Of a DNA stretch of 63,887 nt, positions 30,721 to 42,570 are shown piece after piece. Positions within the stretch are counted from its first letter, which is position 1. Each line of letters starts with the position of its first letter. This DNA is from Paraspadella gotoi (taxonomy: Eukaryota; Animalia; Chaetognatha): the NCBI GenBank assembly GCA_051294375.1, contig CM119263.1, positions 24,904,801-24,968,687 of the forward strand, read 5' to 3'. The notes under the pieces were generated by a model. It worked only from the letters and a program-made list of their open reading frames with translations, made no database searches and was not told the DNA's origin. The translations under genes were made by a program, and so were the position numbers.

Positions 30721-33507
30721 TTATCGAGCCTTGAACCGCGGCGAAGCCGGGTCAGGCTCTAATATATGTTTTAGGCGTTGAGCTTCTTTGTGACGTCGTC
30801 GTCGTCGGTTCGTGGTCACGGCTGTTTCTCATATATAAAGAACTAACTTACAGCTTTTACTTAGGTTTGGCGTGTTGACTTACGCTAGTTTTTTTTTAAG
30901 ATACGAAAATATATTATGAATTATGTAAGTAAGATGTTTTACAAAAAGTGTGCGACTGCATTAGTTAAGTTAAAATTTCACCGATATGGCTTTTTCATCT
31001 TGTAAACTAGCTTGTTTGATATTTTCATATTACTATTTGGAATTTAAAGTATTGTTGTTGTTTGAATTTCGCTACTTCATCTAATAGAATTTTAGCTAGC
31101 AATATGCATATATGAGATTATAGGTACTATCATTATAATATCCAATATTAAGTAATAGTAGAAATGCTTTGAGAGCTTTAATTTACATATTGCAGGTCAT
31201 ATTAATATTCGAAGATTGAAATTCAAAAATTTTTTTCATTAAATATTGCTAATAAAAATTGGGAACGTCAATAGGAATTTTTTTAAAATGAAGAAGTTCT
31301 ATAGTTCTTAAATTTTCTTAGGCAAATAAAAAATAGAAAATCTTTTACAAGCTGCGAATTGAAAAAAGATTGGAAAAATGTTTCCAATTGGTAAACCATT
31401 GTAACATTTTTTCTGCCTTTCTATTTATTTATTTTGTTATAATTATATTATATGTTTTTTTAGGTTCGGCTGCCTTTCTGAGGTCGTTTAAAAACGAGTT
31501 CAGGCTTTTCTCTCTGGCTCTCTCTTTGTGTGGATGGATCTCTTGCGTGATCGTCGTCGTTTTTATTGAGAAAATTCTGATTATTAGTCTTTTTCTTTCT
31601 AAAACCCCATATATATTTTGATCAGATGCGCTGCCTTTTTCTGAATCGTTTTAAAATAAGTACGAGTTCAGGCTCTCTCTCTCTCTCTGCGCCTCCGGTC
31701 TACTCCTCCGTCTCTCTCATCTCTCTCTCGATGCATCATCCTCTCATCTCCTCTCTCTCTTCTCTTTTTTCTTTTTACAAAAAAAGAAATTATTCACTTT
31801 GTTTTATCCACGCCGTTTTTTTTTGAAAAATTGCTTATTATTTCTTTCCTTCTAAAAAATTTTATCTTCGCCATTTTATTTCCGCGTCTGTCATTTCTCA
31901 AATACAAAATTCGTCGTCAAATTTATACATCTGAGATTTTCGTATTCGGATTTTTTTTGGGAAACAGTGTTGAAGAATAGCTAACTTCACCATGGATTTC
32001 GTGGCCTGTATTGCGGGGTGCCTAACGGAGTAAAACCCAATGTCTGGAGGATAACATGACCTAATAGACGCGTTAAGCGTGTCTAAAAAAATCAACTTTG
32101 ACGCGAGAATCACTCGCGACTGCCGATATAAAGCAAGAAGTGACCTAATATGGCGTAATCGTTGGCGGGGATAAATCTTTGCTCTCGTAGTCTCGTTCTC
32201 TCTCGTCTCCTCCATCTCTCTCTTTCTCTCCTCTCTCGTCCGTGCTCTGCCTTCGTTTCTCCGTCTCTCGTCTCTCTCCGTCTCGCGCCTGCTTCTCTCT
32301 CATCTCGTCTCTCACTTCTGCTCTCTCTCGTACACTCTCTCATCCTTCTTTTTTTTACAAAAAAATTTATTTGCCCTTTGTAAACGAGTAAACACACGTT
32401 GTTCCGGGCTCTCTGTCTCCTTGCTCATCTCCTCTCGTGCTCATCTCATATCTATCTTGTCTCATCTAAATGCTGTCTCTCTGCGTCTCTTGTCTCTCTT
32501 TCTTATCGTTCTTTTTTTTGTATCATAAAATACCATTTTTAGTCAACCCATTTTTTTTAACGTCCGTCGTCAACTGGCGCGAAGACGAAGTAAACGAGCG
32601 TTCACGCTGCTCTCTTCCTGATCGCTTTCTCTCTCCTCTCTCTCCTTTTTTTTTTTACAAAAAAAAATAATTTTTTAGTCACATACTTTTTTTTCACTTG
32701 CACATCTCTCCCTCTCTCTCGCGGTCTCTCTCAATCACAGCCCATAGAGGTGTTCTTTGTCAGCGTCTGTCTCCTCTCTGTCTCTCATCTCTATGTACGA
32801 CCGTAATCGTTGTTGTTTTTGAAAATTCTTATTATTAATTTTTTCCTTCTAAAAAAAACTTTTCATTTATCGCCATTCGATATTTTTTTTTTCTCTAATA
32901 TGCAGAAAATCTGCTAGCCCAATTGTTTTAAAACAATTGTCTCGAGATATTTTCATGGATCTCTCCTTTTAAAGAAAAAAGGAAAAAATAACTATTATAA
33001 TTGCGCAAGGCAAATAGGTCCACATGTACAGTATCAGGCATTGCTGTATGTGCTGATATCATTATGAAGACTGCTTAATATGTCCGGGTCCAATTGCACG
33101 AGCAGATTGAATTTTAAGTTCTAAGCATATATATAACGTTTCTAACCAAAAAATTCAAATTTTTTTAAGTTAGTTTTTTTTGTTTATTTACTGCTAACTT
33201 ATGGACCGGTCGGCCACAGCTATTGAGGCGAGAATATTGAAATATCTACAAATAGGCAGTTGAGAACGGTAGAGATATTTACAAATTAACATTACTTTTT
33301 TTTTGTTATTCTAATATTTTTACGAATTTTAAAATTGTAAATTTTTTTCTTTGTAGGTGTATATATTTTACATTCATTTTTTATTTCTTTTTTAAAAGTA
33401 ATTAATCTATTTGAGTATGGGTTATAAATATTGTATATAATTAGATTATAACTATGCAAATATGAACATTTTGACCGCTCGGTCCCTGGTTTCTTCCTTA
33501 AAAAATA

Positions 33508-34060
33508 CGGGGTTGACTCTAGATGTTTGATGGGGGAGAAGAGGAGGATGAATATTCATGAGAGGGAAAGATTGGAGCTCAGATGAAACCGGCCCCCTTG
33601 CGGCAAATGATAAAATGAAGAAACAAGGAGGAAAGAAGAAAGGAAAGAATTTAAAAAAAAAGAAGGAAAGATTTAAGAAAGAAAGAAGAAAGAAATAAAG
33701 AAAGACGTAAATAAAAAAGAGAGAAAATAATTGAAAAAAAAGAAAAGGAAAGAAAAAATATGAAAAAATGAAGAGATACAAAAAAATAAAAAATAAAACC
33801 GACTAAAAAAAAAAAAAAAAAATTCCGATTCTCCGAGAATTAAAAAACAAACAAAGGCCCGGGGCAAACGAGGGTTATGAGTTCCNNNNNNNNNNNNNNN
33901 NNNNNNNNNNNNNNNNNNNNNNNNNNNNNNNNNNNNNNNNNNNNNNNNNNNNNNNNNNNNNNNNNNNNNNNNNNNNNNNNNNNNNNNNNNNNNNNGTTGT
34001 CGCCCGAATTCAGAATCTGATAACGTCACCTTCAGGTGAATAATAGAGGATCTGACGAAG

Positions 34061-34106
<46 letters not shown>

Positions 34107-35536
34107 AAACTAAAGAAAGATGAGGATTAGATTTCCAAAAAATTCGCGCTCAGATTTAGTGAATTTTTTTTTAAACTAGCATACTTATCTTTATAGTTTA
34201 CAGCGAGTAATAAAGAAAGACATCGCTTAAGAAAAAAAATTATTTAAATTACTTAATTTAAAGTAATTGGACCTTAGAGGTTTTTATATCGTCGTCGCTA
34301 TTTTTGTTAAAAATTTTTTTTTACTTAAAATTAAATTGTTTTATTTAAGGCATAATCTTTACAAAAATGTTTACCCGAGAAGTCGACAACGACGCAACAA
34401 CAACGACGACGACCCGGTTCGCCCGATAGAGTGTTTTCGCCCATTTAATAAACATCGAAACGATTATCGGCCGATTCCGGAAAGACTGACTCGACTCGGC
34501 GCCGGGAAAGACTCCAAACTCTCCCCTCCTCCGCCTCCGCCGCCCGGCGCCCGGCGCCAAAATATTTATCGGCAATTCTTACCTCGTAAAAAGCGTGAAG
34601 TAGGAACGCACGGCGCCGCTGGATCGTTTAAAACGAGCGAGCGGACCAAACAAAAGACTTTAACTCCTTCTACCGGCTTCTATTCCCATCCCCTTTCTCA
34701 AGTGCCAGCTCCTTCCAACCCCTTCTCCAATCCCCTACCAACCCAGTTCCTATTTTCTCCCAACCATTCGCTAACCTCTGTTCACTTCACCCTTCTCCCA
34801 CATTTTTCCACCTCCTCCCCGTCCGTTAACTCTTCTCCCATCTCCTCTCACCCATTTTCCTAAATCCCATTTCCTCCTTCCGCCTCGTTCACTTTCTCCC
34901 GCCCCCCTTTTCCCCATCACGTTATATGGGCTCCTCAACATCTTAACCACGCCTCGCAGCCCATCATTTGTAAACAAGTTTCTTCTTTCGGGCCGTTGTT
35001 TAACCGCTGGATAACGAGCCCTGCCTCACCCGCGACCTACCCAAACCTTTAACTCTCGACCGAAGGAATTTACGACGGGGCGAAAGGAAGGTAGGGGTGC
35101 AAGGTCTCTAGCACCCCTGGTTGAAAACTTTAAGGCGTGAGGGGGTTTTCTGTCTGTTCCTCCCGGGCACCCCAGGATGAAGCCACCGTCGTTTGGCTTT
35201 GGGGTCACGAGTGAGCGCCCAAAAATTTGCATGAACGATTAACGAAGGGAATTTAGCAAATGTCGATGCTCTTTTGTTCGCAACCGTTTTGAAAATTTAT
35301 TCGGAGACGAGGGTTAATCGGTCAGTCTGATTTCGTCTCGCATAATTTAGAATTTTTTAGAAATATTTTTTTTGGGGCTTTGCTATAAACGAAAGCCGGG
35401 CGAAAGTGTTACGGATTTCCAGCCCTTTTCAGAGTCCCTAGGGTCAAATTCATCGACAGCATTCGAGGCAATAAAACGAAAGGCAATAACAACTGCAACA
35501 ATTACAGTTCTGGACTTGGGAAAAGAAAGGGAAAAG

Positions 35537-35579
<43 letters not shown>

Positions 35580-35600
35580 TAATTCTTCTCCTTTTTTTTC
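33508..35600. repeat. Copy 2 of the duplicated block (deletion-rich copy, with an internal inversion next to a gap)
   Basis: Same anchors as copy 1; 33606-33860 is the reverse complement of ~28427-28710. Confidence 0.88.
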
Positions 35601-35685
35601 TCCATTTTTTCTACCTTAAAAAAAAACTTGGAACGAGACGACGCAAGGAATTCCTCCATCCTCGATAAGATTTAGACACATTGCC

Positions 35686-35725
<40 letters not shown>

Positions 35726-36831
35726 CTCTCTCTTCTCTCTCTCTCTTCTCTTCTCTCTCTCTCTCTCTCTCTCCACCCCACGCGTCCTCTTGCCCTCGCC
35801 AATGGCATAAAAAAAAAAAACACTGGAGAGAGGAGAACCGTTTTTCTTTCAAACGTCGTGCGATGCCTCTGAGGAACCATTTGCATAACGACGACTGCGC
35901 CCCAAAACATGGAAGGATTTGACGAGATGAGAAAAAAAAAAACTGTCCCACCTAAGAGAAGAGAGAGATGGGGGATGAGGATTGAGGAGAGAGAGTGCTC
36001 GAGATGAGGATGAGATCGGGAGAGATGGCGGGATAAAGAAGGATTAAAAAATAAAATAAAGTACATATATTTATGCGGGGAGATGGGAACTGGAAAAAAT
36101 GCTAAACGAAAAAAAGAGTCGCGGCATAATATATTTAATTTTTTCGAGGGCTGACAAATTCGAAACGAGAGAGGAGAGAGAATGATTGATGATCGTGACG
36201 AGTTGAGATGAGTGAGAGATTTAGCGTATGCGTCGAACGTGTCAAGTTATGCGAAGGCGCGAGATTTTAACGCTTCGAACGTTATTCGCATGAAGATTAG
36301 TCGGCAGCGCATACATCCGGGCATTCCTTCAGTCTTTTGACGAGATATGACGCATCGAGAGATAACTAGATCAAAGTTGTTCTCGATGGCTCAAAATAGC
36401 GAAGTGGCTTGAGAAAAAGGGACACAGCCAGTTTGGAAAAAAGTTCAGTACTTTGGGGTAGGATCGAATGCTCAAATTGTGGGCGCGGCCAACCGAATGA
36501 CCAACTGACAAATCGACCAATTTACCATAACTTTTTTACGTCTGTTTCCAAAAAGGAAAATCAAACAATTTTTTTTTTTCGTTTTCTCTTTTCCCGTGAG
36601 TGCCAGTCGTGAATTTAATGGAACAACCGAAAACAAACGACGAACTTTTAAAACTCATAATTTTTTAACAACCTGACTCGTAGGACGATTCTTTCAAAAC
36701 AAATAAAACATTTTTTCCCTCGTAAAAAAACAAAAAAAAAAAAAACAAAAAAAAACAACAAGCAAAAAAAAACAAATCCTCTCCGTTCTCAGTCCGCTTT
36801 TTTTTTTTCCCGGGGCTCCATTTTATTTCCA

Positions 36832-37140
36832 CCTTCTTTCCATCTTCCTTAATCGTGGACCGAATAAAAACTAATTCGTATCCATTAAAATCGGTCATAA
36901 ACGGCGCGCGCTTCTCACCGCCACAGCAGTGGCCAGCGGCGCAACCGGGCACGACTGCTGTGACACCACCGTCGCCACCGCTACCGCCGCCGCGGCCGCC
37001 GCCACCGCCACATAAGCCTCGGCGGCAACCACGTCCCACGCCTCCACCGCCGCGATCGAGAGAGCAGAACGGAAACCATCTTGACTCGAGGTCACGTGAC
37101 CAAGCTCCCGTACCTCCGACGCCGTAAACCGTCATCGTAA
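36832..37140 (-). other. GC-rich candidate coding exon of unknown product
   Basis: GC-rich island within ORF 36665..37300, ending ...APFMTDFNGYELVFIRSTIKEDGKK at a possible donor AAG|GTGGAA, followed by a T/G-rich tract like those after the nAChR donors. No family recognised; a Pro-rich + strand frame is also open. Confidence 0.2.
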
Positions 37141-37913
37141 AGACGAGACTCTTTTCCAAGAACACGAGGCCTTCGGGAAGAACGCAAGTCGGTCGGTCGG
37201 TCGCAGTTAAGCGAAATGATTTGCGGTCGGGTAACTGAACGTTGGATTCATCGAGCCAGAAAGTTGTAGGTAATACAAGTAAGTGGATGTACTTTAACAA
37301 TAATGGATTAATTAATGCCTCGCCGCTCCCGCTCGTACACGATCATTAGCTCGAGGGCGCCCGATGGCGAGACAAAAGATCGGGAGCCTTATTACGGGAA
37401 AAATCTATTCGCCGGAATGATTCGCTATGACGGCCGATGGACTCATTTTGAGCTCGAATATTGTAAAAAGCATACTACTGAGCCATCTAGAATACTGTAT
37501 TACATTAAGACCTCTTGGTTGAGCGTCGAATGTATCGGCCCGGCCAGGCCGAAATGGCCATTGGCCAATGCTATCGGACCATCCTTCTTGGCCTCCATTT
37601 GCTCCACAATAAAAGGGCTGTAAACGCAGAGTCTTTAATCCGATTGGCTTCGCCCTCGGCCCACCGATCCGTGGCCTCCTTCCACCGACCCTCTGCCCTC
37701 CAACCTCTCTCCTCTTCATTGTCCGCGTACGGAACAAACGATGGAACCAAAGATGGAACCCAAGACGGAACCACATGGGTCTCCATTCGATCATTAAGTT
37801 ACCTCGCTTCTCGGACCCAACGCAAATGGTCTGCGGCTCCCGCTCTTAATCTACCCCATTACAAAAGCCTTTCGCCCTTTTCGCGCTCTCTCGCTGTAGT
37901 CAAGATGGCCCCT

Positions 37914-37958
<45 letters not shown>

Positions 37959-38112
37959 GAATACTAAGAATACCTATGTTAATCCAAATTCTGGCAGGGC
38001 ATAGCCATGGAAAGCTAACGTAGGGCAGAATAAAAAAGGCTCTCTAGGAATCAACTAACATTCATCATGATAAAAGAGCACGATCAAATGAAGTTTGGTG
38101 GTGTTAAAACTG

Positions 38113-38242
38113 TCAACTGGCATCTACGAGAATTAACTGGCGTCAGTGTCCAATGACGTTGGCCGCAATCAACTGGCACCGAACGGAGTCAACTGGCATC
38201 GACCGGAGTCAACTGGTATCGGTCAGAGTAAACTGGCATCGA
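38113..38242. repeat. ~20-bp degenerate tandem repeat, ~6 copies
   Basis: The aactgg core recurs (gagtcaactggcatcgaccg-like unit). Confidence 0.75.
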
Positions 38243-41200
38243 TGAACGACCACAGGCGCCGCACGAGAGGTCAACCGGCGTCGGCGGCACCAGCATCATT
38301 AGGCGCGCCAATCTTGAGATTTTCTGGAATCTTTAATCCGCGATGAACGATGAGGATAACGAAGAGAAAAATGACGCCGGCAGAGGTCGATGACTGCGAC
38401 GACGACGACGACGACGACAGCGACCCTNNNNNNNNNNNNNNNNNNNNNNNNNGACCCTCGCTGTTAGTGGCGAAAACTATTGGCGAGAACTTCATTTCTT
38501 TTCTCATTTATATTATTTTAAAAACTGCTTTGTGGGAGGAGAGAGAGAGAGACTGAGAGGCCTCTGGATGAAGAAGGGTGAGATTTTGGAGAGGACTGTT
38601 GTGCTGTTGGAGGAGAGATTACCTTCATTTCACGCCATTTTACGGCCACAACACCAACGTCTTTTCCAAATTTAAATACTTAAACATTTTGACCAATTTA
38701 TTTTGAACATTTTATTGATATTCGAAGGGGCGAGAGTAGGAGGGTTTAATATATTTTTTTTTGGAAGAAAAAAAATCATTATTAACGCTACAGTATGTGT
38801 GTAGAATTAGGGAGAATAATAGCGTGCGTTTGGCCGATATTTTTTACGCCACCTGAGACGTGGCACAAAGCACGTAAAAAGAAAAGAAAGAAAGTCAAAT
38901 CTGGAGATCAAATACAACAATGTTATAAAACTTAATTAAGAAAAAAGTGATGCTTTATGCAAAAATTTTTTGGTTGAATACCTGACCAGGCAGTAAGGTA
39001 GGAGGCAGAAACTGAGAGTGAGTAACTACTAAATTGACCGGTAAAAGATCACCGAGTTGGAGGAGGTAGAGAGCATGAGACGAGCGAGGTAAAGATCAAA
39101 TAGTTTTTAGAAAGAAGGATTTTCATCCGTAATACTATTTCGCGCACGCCCCTACCCACTTCTGTCTCTTTTCAGCTCTCTGCTTAACGTCGGAGAGAGA
39201 GAAAAATAAAAATCTTTCCTATGCGTTTTAGAGTCTCGCGCAAAGTCCATGGTTTAGAACATATGATTGACAGCTTCGTCGTAGCTGATGAGGACATTAA
39301 AATTTCGAATGAGGAAGGTTGTAAAAGACCCGATATGAGGAGGAGAAGGGTCGAAGGATACGGTACGCCATTGAAAGGAAAAATTTTTTTGCCAGTTTTT
39401 AATTAAAATTATCCTAAGAAGTTTTGTGCGATGATCTTAATAGTGATCAGACCCAATTAGCTGTATATCAGTTGTCAGCTTGGTGCAACAGTCGAGAGTC
39501 AGGACTGAGTACAATTTAGATGGCGAGAGGAAAGTACTACAGAGTGCTTTTTTGAGACGGTGTGTAACTTTTTCTTTATTAGTGATTTTCTCGCATGTCG
39601 ACGAATAGTTCCACTCCGGTCACGAAGACTATTGAATTGGCCTTCGATAGAAAGTCGTGCTCTGTGCATATCAGACTCTTCCTACTCTCTCCTCCTCTCT
39701 GCTCTAACTCTATACTACTTTCCTCGTGCACTTCTACTTATCTCTAGCGTCTCTCTTTCTGTACTCTCCTCTCTCATTCATCTCCTCCCTCTCTCGTCTG
39801 CTCGTCTCTCTCTCATCTCACTCTCCTTCCTCTCTCGTTAGCATTCTCTCTCTTACCATCTAAGCTCTGCTCGTCTCTCAACGTTCTACACTTTAAAACC
39901 ATATTTGCACGAGACCAAAAGACAGATCAAATTTCAGCAAAACCATCAACTCCGTATTACTCGATCGGTGAAAATTCGATACATCTTCGTGTCGTTCGGT
40001 TCCAGATAATCGTATAACACAGCTTGAACTCATCTGGCAATCGTTATATTGTTCCAGGATCCTCGGTTGTCTCTCTATCGTGCTCTCTCTCATGCTCTCT
40101 CTTAGCCTCCATCTCACTCCTTCTAATCTCACTCTCTAATCTTACATAACCTTCGTCTGGCTCTTTATCCATCTACTCGTACATCTCCTGTCATCTAAAT
40201 CATCTATCTACTTTCTCTCTCTGTCTTCTTTGTCTCTCTCAGCTCGATTGATCATTGTGAAAAAGCGGGCCTTACATCCAGAGCGAGGACTCGAGAGAGA
40301 GGAACAAGAGAAAGAAAAGAGTCACAAGTTTCTCTCTCAAAGGGAAACACGTAAAGTATCGTATCTCTGTTCGAAGTCTTCGTCTCAGGTCTATTGTTTC
40401 GCATATCTGCTCTATAGATGTGCAACAGTTCTCAAGCCATCTCGTCTGAATAAAATGCACGGTTCTGTGTAACTTTGCTCGATCACCACTGTCGACGGTC
40501 TGATAAGTATTTACCTATGATTTGGCTCACCGTCTTCGTTGATCGGTTTGTGTGCTCCTCTTTGTTGCTGAAAGGCAAATTGTGTCGACGGAAAGCGGAA
40601 GAGAGTGAACAAATAATACAGAGAAATTTTCAACTAGTCTCACGGCCTCGGCTCCAGAATAAAGCAAGAATATAACGCTCATTCTTCTCTGACTCAATAT
40701 CTTGGTATATACTCATATTTAATTTTTTCTTGTGTCTCTTCTCTTCCATTTTCCTGTATATTTTATGCAATGTAAATTTTACACCATGTTTCCTCCTCAT
40801 TCTCCTCTTATTATGGATATAGCCATTTAAATATACGTCTTATGTGGTTAATATGAAGAGCTCTATGAGAAATTTTCCTACTTAATAATCGCATAGAATC
40901 TCAAATCTATTATCTGACGAATTTTCATAAATTCTTCTTCTCTCTTTGAGAAGGGAGTCGGAGCCGTTTTTGCCATAAAAAAGGGAGATTTATGGATTCG
41001 AGATTATCGTTTATGGCAAAGTCGAGAGACAGACAGAGAGAGAGAGGAAAGTCGTGGAGACGGGGGACTTGTCTTTAGGATTTCGGACGACGATGTCCGG
41101 AAGACATGAATCTGCCCTTGAAGCGCGCTCGCTNNNNNNNNNNNNNNNNNNNNNNNNNNNNNNNNNNNNNNNNNNNNNNNNNNNNNNNNNNNNNNNNNNN

Positions 41201-42241
41201 NNNNNNNNNNNNNNNNNNNNNNNNNNNNNNNNNNNNNNNNNNNNNNNCTCATTCTTACTCTTTTTAGCTTCATTTTCTAAGTCTCTATCTTAAATTTAAA
41301 ATTGAAAAAAAAAAATCAAGAGAAAACCTCTTTTAAATGTGAATGTACTGTGAGTACGTACACGTGCATATATGTAAAAACGTATGCCTAAATTGCTTTA
41401 GCAACTCTTAATGACTTAACAAAACTCGTGGCTTCACAACGAACGATAAAAATTAAATTTTGTGCCACCATGATTTTAAAAAGGGATAAGCAACCGAGCG
41501 AGAAAAGAAAACCGTTCAGAAGGGAACTAAAAATTCTCGCAAGGGAGAGTGATTTTTTTAATATGCAAATTAAGCGAAAAACGTCTGAAAGAAAGAAGGT
41601 AGTAATAAATATGCGAGGGGGAAAAAATGTCCGAACGAGAAAAAAAAAAATTTTAACCAGAGGCTTCGCCGATACAAGAAAGTCATCTTCAAATCTTTTT
41701 AAATATATTAAAAATTTGCCTCTATAATGATATAAGTAAAAAATTTTAAAAAGCATACATACATAATTAAATAATATAGATTAAATAGTGAAGCCTTTAT
41801 AAAATATAAAAATAGAAAATAGTAAAACAAATTATTTTGCGAATTTTCATAGCAATTTTTTATTTTAATAATTGATAATTTTTCAATACTTATACTGGAA
41901 TAGGTCTTTAAAAGAGGCAAGCTAAAAAACTAATTAAAAAGAAAAAAAAAAAGTAAACTAAAGCGGAACGACGCAAAAAATTAATTGGAAATGCAAATAA
42001 AAGCAAAAACAATATATCTAAAAAAAGAAATGTTTCTTTTGAGATTTACGTTTTCCTGNNNNNNNNNNNNNNNNNNNNNNNNNAAGTAAACTAAAGCGGA
42101 CACGACCCAAAAAATTAATTGGAATGCAAATAAAAGCAAAAACAATATATCTAAAAAAAGAAATGTTTCTTTTGAGATTACGTTTTTCCTTGTTCAAATT
42201 GTCCACAGTGCATATCTATAAAAATAATTTTATTCAATAAT

Positions 42242-42321
<80 letters not shown>

Positions 42322-42480
42322 GAAACTCCCGCGAAAAAGAGGCGACTGTCAAACCGCGAGGAAGTTCTATGTCAATCGTATCGATTTTCGGATGAAATAC
42401 AACCGAAACAGAGTTTCGTCAGAGACGCAGTGACATTTATCGGGCCCGAGAATAGAACGGCCCGAGAATGAGAGAGAGAT

Positions 42481-42570
<90 letters not shown>

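Noticed and set aside
32920-32939. Perfect 20-bp palindrome caattgttttaaaacaattg
   Set aside because: Isolated, AT-rich and in a noisy region; no associated element structure.
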